Positions 40,410 to 50,600 of a stretch of DNA of 64,000 bases are shown piece by piece (position 1 is the first letter of the stretch; each line of letters opens with the position of its first letter). This DNA is from an uncultured virus (IMG/VR IMGVR_UViG_3300028887_000113). Lineage: Duplodnaviria > Heunggongvirae > Uroviricota > Caudoviricetes. The translations under genes and the position numbers were made by a program. Location of the stretch: IMG/VR virus record IMGVR_UViG_3300028887_000113. One strand, 5' to 3'. Under the pieces are notes generated by a model that searched no databases, was not told the origin of the DNA, and saw nothing but the letters and a program-made list of their open reading frames with translations.

Positions 40410-42012
40410 CTTTTGCCTCCTTCTTGTAGACGTAACGGTAGTTTCCGCAGTCGTATATGCGGTAGATACCAAGAGATTTCATAATTTCATGTTCACTCAT
40501 ATTCGGGTCAAATCCCCGCTCGACCAACTTATACTTTTGGTACTTCATGCGAGATTCCCTGATATTTCCATTCACGTAATAGTAATTCGGTTCTGTCGTG
40601 CCATCATATACAAAGCCGAGTTTCTCGTAATAGTTGCCGAAATTACTCCAGCGACGGTCTGCGTAGGTCACCAAGGTCTTTCCGTCGAGAGGATGATCAT
40701 CAAGAAAGTGCTTGAGCAGCCTACTGGCACCTCCGACGACAGTCGTGTACAATGCATTACAGAATCGTAGCATTTCCATTTCACCGGGTGAATACCTAGC
40801 CGGTCCAAACGTCATTACAGCAACCATACGGCCATCATGAACAAGGCCGTACCTATACGTGTCATTACATGCTCCTTGGATATGATTCTTGTCCATAAAT
40901 TTGGTAGATTGTTCATAATCCAACGTAATAATCTTACAGTCCCTAGCATAGACCTTTGTTGTCTTTCTTGGTATGTCCTTATGTAGTACACGGCATAGTC
41001 TCGACTTGACGATTTCCTCATGCAGCTCCCATTCGTCGGAAAATACATGGATTAGATGATATCCGAGTGACTCCGCATAATTGGTTTTATCCAAATGGTA
41101 TGTCTTGTTATGGAATTCCTCGGTATGCCAGTGCAGTCCATCGTACTCGACAATGACCTTCTCATTCTCGCATATAATGTCAGCGCCGTATTCACCCAAG
41201 AAATGACGTTCTTTGTGCGACGTATCTACACCCAAGGACTGGATGAACTTTTCTATGTTCACTTCGCCAGCCGATCTGAAATTACGCTTCGGAAAACACA
41301 CGCTGCATGGCGTATTCTTCGCATACAGTCGTGCATTGACAAAAAATACCGTATCATCCAAGACCGATCCACACTTGTCGCACTTATAGGTCAGATCAAC
41401 TTTATTAGGGTGTTCGATGACATGGCATCCATATTGAGCGAACTCACGGTTATAATAATCGGTTGAGATTCGTAAATTCGCCTTAGACCAGTAGTCAGCC
41501 CCATACCGTAAATGATTGGTCGCTAGCGTCTTTTCGCGATATTCGTCAGTTTGAGTATACGATTCTTTACCATATTTAGCCAAATTGCTGGCATGATACT
41601 TGTTGATAAAATCATCACATTGTGAATAGAACTCGACGCCATGCCTCTCTAGCATGGTAGCCTTTCTGGTTTCAAGAATCTTCTTATTGTACTCGCCATG
41701 AGTATCTTTATTCAATTGATCCACAGTAGCTTGTCTGGCAGCGATTTTATGGGCATTACGGTCAGTATCGGCAGCAATATGCTTGGCCGAACATTTCTTG
41801 CTGCAAAATTCCATGTAGCCATAACCAATAGTACGGAATTTAGTAGGCTTACCGCATTCGGCACATTTACCATCAGTCGGCTTTGCCATATACTTGTCAA
41901 AGTACGCTTGCGGCGATAGCTCATGCGTTTTACATACATGAATACCAAGCGAAGACGCCTTTTCGTATTCAACGATTTTTCCAAGTTCTTTACATACATT
42001 ACATTGAAACAT
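40393..42012 (-). CDS. Hef-like homing endonuclease
   Basis: Same architecture: VEYDGLHWH, HVFSDEW, NHIQG, GGASRL, IYDCG; RBS GAGGTGAGG. Confidence 0.8.
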   Translation of the reverse strand: MFQCNVCKELGKIVEYEKASSLGIHVCKTHELSPQAYFDKYMAKPTDGKCAECGKPTKFRTIGYGYMEFCSKKCSAKHIAADTDRNAHKIAARQATVDQLNKDTHGEYNKKILETRKATMLERHGVEFYSQCDDFINKYHASNLAKYGKESYTQTDEYREKTLATNHLRYGADYWSKANLRISTDYYNREFAQYGCHVIEHPNKVDLTYKCDKCGSVLDDTVFFVNARLYAKNTPCSVCFPKRNFRSAGEVNIEKFIQSLGVDTSHKERHFLGEYGADIICENEKVIVEYDGLHWHTEEFHNKTYHLDKTNYAESLGYHLIHVFSDEWELHEEIVKSRLCRVLHKDIPRKTTKVYARDCKIITLDYEQSTKFMDKNHIQGACNDTYRYGLVHDGRMVAVMTFGPARYSPGEMEMLRFCNALYTTVVGGASRLLKHFLDDHPLDGKTLVTYADRRWSNFGNYYEKLGFVYDGTTEPNYYYVNGNIRESRMKYQKYKLVERGFDPNMSEHEIMKSLGIYRIYDCGNYRYVYKKEAKDAVEK

Positions 42013-42157
42013 ATTTATTAACCTCACCTCAAATATAATAACACGAAATGCAATAGTCAACTGTTTTTTAATAAATAATTAAAAAATATTTTATTACATT
42101 CAGTCTAGTACGTCTTTTATCTTCTACAAGACAGCTGGTCAGAAATATATACAAGTA

Positions 42158-42179
42158 AGCGGCGAAGTAATTCGCCGCT
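42158..42179 (-). terminator. Hairpin downstream of the major capsid gene
   Basis: AGCGGCGAA-GTAA-TTCGCCGCT. Confidence 0.6.
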
Positions 42180-42214
42180 CTCTTAGTTTCTTGCTTACTC
42201 GGCCAACAACCGCA

Positions 42215-43708
42215 TTACCAGTTGTTGTCTTCGTAAGAAAGGCCACCCGGCACGTTCACCAAGCCATTCGGCACAGTCTCGTAAGAGAGGCCAGCCTGGA
42301 GAGAAGCACCAGCCACGGAGCCATTAGACTGCCACGGCATGTTCTCAAGGTCAATGCCAGCGATGACGCTGTTGACATTGGCGAAGTGAATGAGACGGTA
42401 GAACTGACCAGCACCGAGAAGGTTAGCCACAATGGCGTAACGGCTCTTAACGATAAGGCGAGGAGAACCGTCCTCTTGTCCCGCAGTTTTGCAGAAAATA
42501 TATGGGATATACGGCATCATGATGATGCCACTTTCGCCCTGGCGCGGCCCCTTGTAGCCGATAAGGGCGTAGGAGGCATTGGCGTAGATATCCTGATACA
42601 GCTTGATGTTGCCGTTCAGGAGAGAACCAGCGTCAGCCACACCACCGCTCGGCTGCACAGCAGCGTCGGTCTGGAGGTAGGTCGGAGTGTAGATACCGTT
42701 GTTGAGGGTAGCAACAGCGGCAGCGATGTCCGGAGACACGATGGCGAAGTTACCGCAACCCATACGAGTCGTAAGAGCGATCTTACGAGAGACTGCGATG
42801 ATGGTGTTCACGATACCACCAGCGATACGTTCAGCAGCCCAGCGGCCCATGCCAGCGTTGAGACGAGCTTCGTCGGCGAGGTCGATCTGGAGAACAGCTT
42901 CACCACCGAGAGCCGGAGTCTGAGCAACGAGGACCATCGCCTGGAGGATTTCACGGTCGATGTTCTGCTGGATTTCGAACTGGAGACCTTCGAGGAGAAG
43001 GGCTTCGACGTCCTGACCATGAGCAGCGGCCATATCCTGCTGGAGTTCAATGGTATAGTGAGACTTGATAGCGCGAGTACCAACGCGGATAGCGCCGGAG
43101 ATCACCTTGATGGAAGCCTTCTTGATGTTGAAGGAGTATTCACCATACTGGTCGTCGCCAGCGAGGTAGGAACCACCAAAGTTGTTGTAGAGGAGGCCGG
43201 GTTCCTTCGGATCGAAGGTAGAGCCGTTAGCAGAAGCGCCGCTAACGCCAGTGCCTTCCATGTAGTTGGAAAGCATTTCGCCCATGCCCGTGGTCCACGG
43301 GTTGAATGTGCCAGCGAAGCCGGTGTGGTCAGCCACGAGGTCGTAGCCGATTTCCTGTTTCTGACCCTGACGGAAGGCAGTGGTCTTGAGCGGTTCGTTA
43401 TCGTAGAGGTAACGGAGAGCGAAGTAGATGCCCTGCGGAGTTGTGGTCGGAATAACGGTGACGGTCTGCATCGCAAGCAGTTCGGGGAACTGACGACGGA
43501 TCATCGGGAGAGCGTACTGCTGGTACTGGGCAACGTCAGCGGAGACGTTGGCAGATTCGAGCATAGCGCCACGGTTGACCTTGTTCTGGTTTTCGAGAAG
43601 GGTAGCGATCACGCTAGCTTCTGCGCGGGTACGAATAGGACGACCAAGGTTGGATTCAAGAATGGTGCGCCACTTATTCGAGAGGTTCTTTTTCTGAAGA
43701 GTCTGCAT
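42215..43708 (-). CDS. gp23: Major capsid protein gp23
   Basis: KWRTILES, TLLENQ, PMIRR, IYFALRY, YTIELQQD..A.HG.D.E, TRMGCGNF, YKG, MPYIP, SRYA; strong codon bias. Confidence 0.95.
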   Translation of the reverse strand: MQTLQKKNLSNKWRTILESNLGRPIRTRAEASVIATLLENQNKVNRGAMLESANVSADVAQYQQYALPMIRRQFPELLAMQTVTVIPTTTPQGIYFALRYLYDNEPLKTTAFRQGQKQEIGYDLVADHTGFAGTFNPWTTGMGEMLSNYMEGTGVSGASANGSTFDPKEPGLLYNNFGGSYLAGDDQYGEYSFNIKKASIKVISGAIRVGTRAIKSHYTIELQQDMAAAHGQDVEALLLEGLQFEIQQNIDREILQAMVLVAQTPALGGEAVLQIDLADEARLNAGMGRWAAERIAGGIVNTIIAVSRKIALTTRMGCGNFAIVSPDIAAAVATLNNGIYTPTYLQTDAAVQPSGGVADAGSLLNGNIKLYQDIYANASYALIGYKGPRQGESGIIMMPYIPYIFCKTAGQEDGSPRLIVKSRYAIVANLLGAGQFYRLIHFANVNSVIAGIDLENMPWQSNGSVAGASLQAGLSYETVPNGLVNVPGGLSYEDNNW

Positions 43709-43847
43709 ATAAGTAGTCCTTCTGTTGTTGTGCCTTCTCGGCAGCACCAATCCGGTACTACTCTGACAGGCGTTTCTTGATATAATGTTTAGGGATATCT
43801 AAAAACGCCATTAAAAAATGGTCAAAAAGCTACATTGAAATGAAAAA

Positions 43848-43868
43848 AAGGCTGCAAAACGCAGCCTT
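43848..43868 (-). terminator. Intrinsic terminator
   Basis: AAGGCTGC-AAAAC-GCAGCCTT, followed by a T-run on the minus strand. Confidence 0.7.
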
Positions 43869-43875
43869 GAGATAG

Positions 43876-45531
43876 TTATCTGTGCCAGATGAACCTTATG
43901 TTACCGCAGTCGTATATACGGTATATTTTCCTTGAGAGCATGATATCATGCTCGCTTTTTTCCTTGTCGAAACCAGCTTGAACGAGTTTTGCCTTTGTGA
44001 ATTCCATTCGGTTGTGACGGTGGCCGTTGATGACATAGAAGTATGACGGTCTGGATATACCGTCGAACATGAAGCCGAGCTTGGGGTAGAAAGCGTCTGA
44101 CGAGCTCCAGCGTCTATCGGCAAAGGAGATGATAGATGAAATCTCTGGATGCTCGGTGATGAACTTATGGAACAGCTTAGATGCGCCGCCTACGACATTG
44201 GTGTTGATCTTGTTGGCGAAACGCAGCAGTTCCATGCCGTCACCGAATCGGTTCTTGCCGAAAGTCATTACGGAGACAAGGTTTCCTTGATAGAACAGAC
44301 CGTACCTATAGGAAGAAACGCAAGACCCTTGCAGATGGTTTGCATCAAGGAAATTATCGGCCTCCTTTGCCGAAATTGTTCCGACGGCGCATTTCCTTGC
44401 AAATATGCGGTCATTGATACCGAGTAGGCCACGAATCCTTGACTTGACAATATCGGGTTGATATTGCCATTCGTCCTCGAATATATGGACAAGATGGATA
44501 CCGTTTTCCTCGCATAGATTAGTCTTTGATAAGTGATATGTAGGAGACTTGCGCCTTTCGTCATGCCAGTACAGACCGTCGAACTCTATAGCGATCTTGC
44601 TGTCTGGCAGATAGATATCGAGTTCCGTATAAGGGATGACGTTACGGACGGACTTCATTACGTTCTCGGAGCCAACAAGTGACTCAACGAATTTATACAG
44701 AGAGATTTCCTCGTTGGAACGGGAAGTCTCTGCCGGAGTGCATACGGTACACCAGTTGACACCATACCTAAATAGCCTCATATATCCGGTATTGATAGGG
44801 ATATCGAACTCGTGTCCGCATTTACGGCACTTGCAGTGGAACTGCCTATCGTCATAGGACAGTATATAGCACTGGTCTTGCAAGAATTTCTGGTACTTGT
44901 CTATTGTCTTCTTGTATACGGTCTGTCTAGCCTTGTCCGGATTGACGAAGTTCGGCACTCCATAGCGTTCAGTTTTCGTGATGGCGGACTGCTTGGAATT
45001 GTTGAAGAACGGGTCGTCGTACTTCAGTTGTTTTGTAGCCGCAGCCTGTTCCTTATTGACGTAGTTAGGGTCTCCATATTTTACGGACTTGGTGGCTTTA
45101 CGCTTTTCTGGATTGTTATAGCCAGCCTTACCATACCATTGTTTCTTGGTAGCCTTGATCCGTGCGCCGTTGACGTAATTCTTGTCACCGTAACGAGTTT
45201 CCTTGGTGCGGTCGATCTGGTCGTGGTTATTAAAGTTTTCGTCACCATGCAGCACTAGGTTAGTAGCCTTTCGCTTGGATACCGTATCTTTATCGTTTGC
45301 TGTGCATTTCTTGGAGCAGTGTTCATAGTATCCACGGTTGAGACGTCCTGAGAACTTGGTAGGTGAGCCGCATAGCTTGCAGATGCCGTCATCTGGTTTC
45401 CTTAGGAACTTGTCATAGTATTCTTGGAGAGATACATCCTTGTGGTCTCTGGACAGATGATGCGACAGGCCAGCATAGGTATTATGCTGCTTATTGCAGA
45501 GTCCACAGGTTGTCAAGTAAATCAAGTCCAT
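43876..45531 (-). CDS. Hef-like homing endonuclease
   Basis: Zinc fingers, YG-D/N repeats, ELDIYLP..IAIEFDGLYWH, HIFEDEW, ARKC..NHLQG, GGASKL, IYDCG. Confidence 0.8.
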   Translation of the reverse strand: MDLIYLTTCGLCNKQHNTYAGLSHHLSRDHKDVSLQEYYDKFLRKPDDGICKLCGSPTKFSGRLNRGYYEHCSKKCTANDKDTVSKRKATNLVLHGDENFNNHDQIDRTKETRYGDKNYVNGARIKATKKQWYGKAGYNNPEKRKATKSVKYGDPNYVNKEQAAATKQLKYDDPFFNNSKQSAITKTERYGVPNFVNPDKARQTVYKKTIDKYQKFLQDQCYILSYDDRQFHCKCRKCGHEFDIPINTGYMRLFRYGVNWCTVCTPAETSRSNEEISLYKFVESLVGSENVMKSVRNVIPYTELDIYLPDSKIAIEFDGLYWHDERRKSPTYHLSKTNLCEENGIHLVHIFEDEWQYQPDIVKSRIRGLLGINDRIFARKCAVGTISAKEADNFLDANHLQGSCVSSYRYGLFYQGNLVSVMTFGKNRFGDGMELLRFANKINTNVVGGASKLFHKFITEHPEISSIISFADRRWSSSDAFYPKLGFMFDGISRPSYFYVINGHRHNRMEFTKAKLVQAGFDKEKSEHDIMLSRKIYRIYDCGNIRFIWHR

Positions 45532-45601
45532 GATGAAAATATACCATAAAACCGATAAACTGTAAAGATATTGCAGAACGTGATGAGCAAAATGAATTAA
45601 A

Positions 45602-45624
45602 AAAGGTGGTATGGCACCACCTTT
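45602..45624. terminator. Terminator after the portal gene
   Basis: AAAGGTGGT-ATGGC-ACCACCTTT. Confidence 0.7.
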
Positions 45625-45627
45625 CCG

Positions 45628-47334
45628 TTACATACCGGGCATCGGAGGCATTCCGCCGCCTTCGTCAGGCGCTCCACCACCTTCGCCTCCACCTTCATCG
45701 CCGACAGTTTCGCCAGCTTCCTCGTCCTTTTCTTCCTTGCACCACGCCTTGTTGAGCGTATACTGCTCGTCGTTAAGACGGAGACCCCAGCGGAGAGCAG
45801 CTTGCTTGGACAGTGCGCCGTTCGGATTTTCCTTGGAAGACACGTGCTTCATCATAGAATCGAACACGGCGAGCTTCGTCGTCCACACTTCGGAGTCGAT
45901 GAAGTTCTGGAAGCCGTTTGACTTCTTGAAACGGACGGTATAGTATTCCTGAAGCTTGATGGAGTCGTCAATGGTATTGTCAGTGTTCAGCACCATTACG
46001 AAAAGACGGATCAAGATTGTCTCGAACGGAGTCTGGTAACGCTGGACGAGCCGAGCGAACGAGACTTCTGCCTGAGTGACTTCACCGATCTTACCTTGTG
46101 AGTAGTTCTGCGAGTCTCCAGCCAAAGCCGTGATACGGCCCGGAGGAACCATCAAGGAGTTCACCAAGTTACGCTTGAAGAACTTCAAGTCATCGATGTT
46201 TCCAAGCTCGGCACCGCCTTGCATACGTTCGATACTAGAACCAGTACGACCGTTACCCACACCGATGATAAAGTGTTCAGTCAAACCAGGTGACGTACCG
46301 AAGTTGGTCACTTCACCAGTCATGGAGTTATAATCGAGACGACGAGAGAACATCTTGGCTTGGTCTTTCATGAACTTTTCGGCAGTAGCCTTGGTCATAC
46401 CAGACACGTCAACCTTGAGGACGAGTTTTTCAGAGCCCCACAATACACGGTACATCACGACAGAGTCTTCGATCGTATTCAACTGGTTGTACGGCTTCAT
46501 GGCCGGTTCCAAGATGGAACGAGGGTCATTGACGCCGCCGGGGCCAGTCATACCGAGGGAAGCATAAAGAATCTGATTCGGGGAGAAGTCGATATAGTTC
46601 TTGCCATTATTCTGGGAAGCGAGCGTACCAGTGAGCATCTGACGGTAGCCGATGATCAAGTTGTCTTGGACAACGATAATCATGTGCTCTTCCGGCAGCA
46701 TGTTCACGCCTTCAATCTTTCCAGTATTCGGATCGTAAAGCACTTCGAAGAAGATACGGCCACGAGTCAATAGGTACTTCATGTACTCCCATCCGTCTTG
46801 ATGGAACTTCATGATACGACGAAGTACGTCCTGATGGAAAATCTTTCCGAGTTTCTTTCGAACCGGTTCACCAATAGAGGCGTCGTGGTCGATGTCAAGG
46901 GAGCAGATTTCGTCCACGTCATCCTTGTACACGCCTTCATTACAGATCTGTATTAAGGATTCGTTCACTTCTGAACGAGACGCGACAGTATCGTACTTAC
47001 GAGCACGTTCCTGGTTTTTCTTCCAGTATAGTTGCGCTTGGTTCTCGGCAATAGCATTCTGGATCTTGTCCGGATCGATTTTAGTCGAGCCGCTGATGCC
47101 GAGGGCTGGCATGTACATGCTGAAGCCGTCAACAGCGGAACCGTCCGGAGACAGCATCTGGTTGACACCCTGACCAACCACGTTTCGAGAAGCACGGATC
47201 TGGCGAATCACGTCGCCACGGTTAAACACTCGGTCGAATATGGCACCACGCTCGTTAGCGGCACCATAGTCACGTACATGGCTCAATAGCCTGGTGGCAA
47301 TATTGTCATGTTCTTCATTCTTCTTTACTAGCAT
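45628..47334 (-). CDS. gp20: Portal protein gp20
   Basis: SILEPAMKPYNQLNTIEDSVVMYR, KVDVSGM...AE, GGAELGNIDDLKFF, LMVPPGR, EVSFARLV. Confidence 0.95.
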   Translation of the reverse strand: MLVKKNEEHDNIATRLLSHVRDYGAANERGAIFDRVFNRGDVIRQIRASRNVVGQGVNQMLSPDGSAVDGFSMYMPALGISGSTKIDPDKIQNAIAENQAQLYWKKNQERARKYDTVASRSEVNESLIQICNEGVYKDDVDEICSLDIDHDASIGEPVRKKLGKIFHQDVLRRIMKFHQDGWEYMKYLLTRGRIFFEVLYDPNTGKIEGVNMLPEEHMIIVVQDNLIIGYRQMLTGTLASQNNGKNYIDFSPNQILYASLGMTGPGGVNDPRSILEPAMKPYNQLNTIEDSVVMYRVLWGSEKLVLKVDVSGMTKATAEKFMKDQAKMFSRRLDYNSMTGEVTNFGTSPGLTEHFIIGVGNGRTGSSIERMQGGAELGNIDDLKFFKRNLVNSLMVPPGRITALAGDSQNYSQGKIGEVTQAEVSFARLVQRYQTPFETILIRLFVMVLNTDNTIDDSIKLQEYYTVRFKKSNGFQNFIDSEVWTTKLAVFDSMMKHVSSKENPNGALSKQAALRWGLRLNDEQYTLNKAWCKEEKDEEAGETVGDEGGGEGGGAPDEGGGMPPMPGM

Positions 47335-47344
47335 ACGGCTACCT

Positions 47345-47548
47345 TCACCACTGTAAAATTACACCATTATAGTCAATGGTAAACTTCGGAGACCGGGAGG
47401 CCACATAGAACTCCCTCAAGTCATCATTCTTGATGTTCTTTGACAACAGGCGCTTATTCATAGTGGCGCACGCCGCTATGTACATGAAATCGTCTGCGTC
47501 CACCTTGAAGCATGGGACGCCATTGAACATCTTGCGCTTACCCGGCAT
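47345..47548 (-). CDS. Hypothetical protein
   Basis: 67-aa ORF filling the gap in a minus-strand operon. Confidence 0.55.
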   Translation of the reverse strand: MPGKRKMFNGVPCFKVDADDFMYIAACATMNKRLLSKNIKNDDLREFYVASRSPKFTIDYNGVILQW

Positions 47549-48308
47549 ATGTCGACAGTGTCCTCCAAGATTTTGCTTCGTTCAACACATTGTTCAAGTC
47601 ATTGTTAAAAATCGTATCGTTGGCAGTAACCAGAGCCTTTGCTATCCTTACCGCAAGCGCATAGCCTTCCGGCTTGACGTTGGCGTAGTCGATCACCTTG
47701 CCATTTTTCAGATAGTTCACGATATCAGCGTATGTTCCTACGGAACGGATATTGAACGTGGCCTCCGTAGCTGCCAAAACGTCGTGGTCAAACGTATCAG
47801 CCATCATGGTCTCACGCTGTACAGTACCGTTGTTGATAATGCAGAACATGAGGAACTGCGCACAAGTGAACGCACGCTGCAGACGCTGTTCCATTGTCAT
47901 GCCGGGTTCATCGGAGTTTGGTTGCATCTTTCCTTCGCCACGGTTCTCTGGAGGCAGATATGAAATCTCTTCCACTAGTCCGATCACCTTTCGGTATACC
48001 GGAACATTCTTCACGAGATCCGTCTTGTTCATCAAGACAAGCGAGTCGATTCCGTCAAACACGTTAGGCAACGTATCGACGGACTGACCCATGGCGGACT
48101 TTATAAAGAACACCAGCTTATCAAGGTCCGTATATGCCCAAGTAGCATTGGGGTTGCCCTGGGCTGTCGGCGTTTCGGCACCTCGTTCATCGATGATCTT
48201 GCAGCCGTATGCGTCGGTCTGTTCGACCGGTTCACGGAGACGCTTCACCAAGTAGGCGTAAACTTGTCCATCAAATTCTTGTTTGGTCTGTTTGTACACT
48301 TCAGCCAT
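47538..48308 (-). CDS. Hypothetical (probable virion) protein
   Basis: 256 aa with RBS GGAG; TDAYGCKIIDERG motif. Confidence 0.65.
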   Translation of the reverse strand: MAEVYKQTKQEFDGQVYAYLVKRLREPVEQTDAYGCKIIDERGAETPTAQGNPNATWAYTDLDKLVFFIKSAMGQSVDTLPNVFDGIDSLVLMNKTDLVKNVPVYRKVIGLVEEISYLPPENRGEGKMQPNSDEPGMTMEQRLQRAFTCAQFLMFCIINNGTVQRETMMADTFDHDVLAATEATFNIRSVGTYADIVNYLKNGKVIDYANVKPEGYALAVRIAKALVTANDTIFNNDLNNVLNEAKSWRTLSTYAG

Positions 48309-48316
48309 AATTACTC

Positions 48317-50494
48317 CTATACCATAACTTGGTCATGCACATAGACCAAATCCCACGTATTCGGGTTTTTCAAATTTTCATCAAGAACCTTGCAGTCGAC
48401 AGTCGGCGGAGTCGGTGTCGAACCAAAATCAGTCGGATGCTTATGATTGTCGTCTTGCCAAATAGCGATGTGGAACGCCGGGTCGGCAACCTTCGGGCCA
48501 CCATATTCCTTCGGGCATAGGTATTCCTTCAAGTACCCTTCTTGATATGCGTCATAGCAAGCCACGTGGAACTTACGCATATCGGCATCGGAGCAATGAT
48601 ACTTTGCCTTAGTTCCGTTAGGTGCGACGTCGACAGCTTGAATCCGGTCAGGGGCATAGCCATGGTTAGATACGGGTATATCTTGGGCAGCAAATGATTC
48701 AATCTTACTAATCATTGCATTGAGCGTTTGTTTCTGTACTGCCGGGTCCTCTATAGCAAGGCACTGTCCATTATTGACCTTTTTCGAGTTTTCAAAGAAA
48801 ATATTATTGACTTCACGTCCGGCCTTGGCGCGAGATGTCTTAGCCTTTCCGTTATTTTCCTGAAGTTCGTTAAACATTACCTGGCCTTGCTTTTCGTTAC
48901 TACGATAGAGCGAGCTGATGTCGACACCAGGTATACCAGCTTTATAGCATAAGTACTTTAGCGTCTGTATGGTAACTTTAGACATAGTTCCTTCCACTTT
49001 ACCTTGGAAGGAGTACTTGAAATTATTGTCACTTAGGGGCAATGTCGAGTTCTTGTTCTCGTATACCTTAATGGTAGCATTGACCAAGTCCTCGAATCCG
49101 CGTTTTTTCATTGCATTGGCTGACAATTCTGGCGGAATTAGAGTTTCACCGAACTTCATAGTCGGCAACCCGACATAGTTATATATAAGGTTAGCCTCGT
49201 CTACACGCTGCTTTCTCAATTCAGTTCGGTTCGGATTAGAATCATAAGTCAAATGTGACAAGAAATCGGCCACATAGGTAAAGTACAAGTTTGCAAGTTT
49301 CTTATCTACCGGTACGCCGCTATTGTTGCTAGACCATTCATATACACCGTCATCGACTTTGATTTTTTCATTATTGTCATTCAGGTACGTCATTCCCGGC
49401 ATCAAGTACATATATACGGTCTTAGTACGCCCAGTCAGATATGCCATGCCCATACTGACACAATACGAGATGAATCCAGCCTCCGGTGTAATCTGCGGAT
49501 CTACAGCGAACCCATTCGTGTGGATGAAGCTGCATACGGCAGTTTTTACGGCGCATGGACATGAGTTGTGAGTCAGCGAGCCCCAGTGCAAATACGCCCA
49601 GTTATCCGGATTCTTGATAGCTCCCCACAAAGTCAACTGAATGTAGCGGAAATACGCCAACTGCATCTGTGTGGCATCCAGCTCGAATTTCTCGATAATA
49701 TCCTTTGTCTCATCATCGGCGGCGGCTTCCGCAAACTTCTTGTCCGAAATCTGGTACATGTCATTAAAATCAGTCGGCGTAATACCGCCCTCGACATCGC
49801 CTTCGGGCATACCGTTCTTGTCTACATTCGGTACTGAGAATACCAGTTTCAATATCTGCTGTCTGGACTGACCAAGATTCAGCTTGATATTTGCACCGAT
49901 TGCAATGCCGCCGTCATCAGCCTCATAATAATTCTTGGACTTGACCGTTTCATGGTCATACAGAAACGTCCAATCAGCTGGATATGAACCGCCTGGATAT
50001 GCATTGGCAACACTAAGCGGTAACCCAGGTATATTGAGCGCAATTGGTGGAAGGATGTCGGGATCAAACGCAAACCCGCCCATTAGTATGGCCGTAAGTT
50101 GTCCCATTGCCTGTCGTGCAATCTCAGACGAACCGCCAGTTAATCCTCCCATCACACCACCGATGACATTCAACTCGGCAGCATTCTTGGTAGCATTTAA
50201 ATCCAGTTTTCCAACCACATCGTCGACTTGCGGGTACAGAATACCGTATTCGTCATTTGAAAACATATCGCCAATCATGTCGGCAAATGCATCGCACAAG
50301 TCTGAAATCCTATGCTGGTTATATTCTGGTACACTGGCACGCTGCCAGTCGGTCAAGCCATTATTCTCGTCAGCAATATCATAAAAACCGTGGGCGTTCA
50401 TTATCTTGTATAACTGTCCCTCGGTTCCTTTAGCTTTATTGACTGCTCGGTCAATAAACTTCTTTATTTTTCCTGAATAGTGGCCGTTGTTCAT
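48317..50494 (-). CDS. Probable virion protein with C-terminal peptidase M15-like domain
   Basis: ISSLYRSNEKQ...SNH...AVD...FHI. A late promoter at 50504 makes the start uncertain. Confidence 0.6.
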   Translation of the reverse strand: MNNGHYSGKIKKFIDRAVNKAKGTEGQLYKIMNAHGFYDIADENNGLTDWQRASVPEYNQHRISDLCDAFADMIGDMFSNDEYGILYPQVDDVVGKLDLNATKNAAELNVIGGVMGGLTGGSSEIARQAMGQLTAILMGGFAFDPDILPPIALNIPGLPLSVANAYPGGSYPADWTFLYDHETVKSKNYYEADDGGIAIGANIKLNLGQSRQQILKLVFSVPNVDKNGMPEGDVEGGITPTDFNDMYQISDKKFAEAAADDETKDIIEKFELDATQMQLAYFRYIQLTLWGAIKNPDNWAYLHWGSLTHNSCPCAVKTAVCSFIHTNGFAVDPQITPEAGFISYCVSMGMAYLTGRTKTVYMYLMPGMTYLNDNNEKIKVDDGVYEWSSNNSGVPVDKKLANLYFTYVADFLSHLTYDSNPNRTELRKQRVDEANLIYNYVGLPTMKFGETLIPPELSANAMKKRGFEDLVNATIKVYENKNSTLPLSDNNFKYSFQGKVEGTMSKVTIQTLKYLCYKAGIPGVDISSLYRSNEKQGQVMFNELQENNGKAKTSRAKAGREVNNIFFENSKKVNNGQCLAIEDPAVQKQTLNAMISKIESFAAQDIPVSNHGYAPDRIQAVDVAPNGTKAKYHCSDADMRKFHVACYDAYQEGYLKEYLCPKEYGGPKVADPAFHIAIWQDDNHKHPTDFGSTPTPPTVDCKVLDENLKNPNTWDLVYVHDQVMV

Positions 50495-50600
50495 AACATG
50501 CACAGTTTATCAGTTGTTCGAAGGAAATTACTCTACATTGGACAAAAAAGAAGCCACCACTTTAGTGGTGACCTCTTCAAGAGAACAATATGAAGATTGA

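Noticed and set aside
42191..43780. 529-aa plus-strand ORF, and similar long antisense ORFs (18407-19606, 32907-33962, 38334-39245)
   Set aside because: They lie antisense to clearly identified genes and are explained by codon bias; no recognisable motifs.
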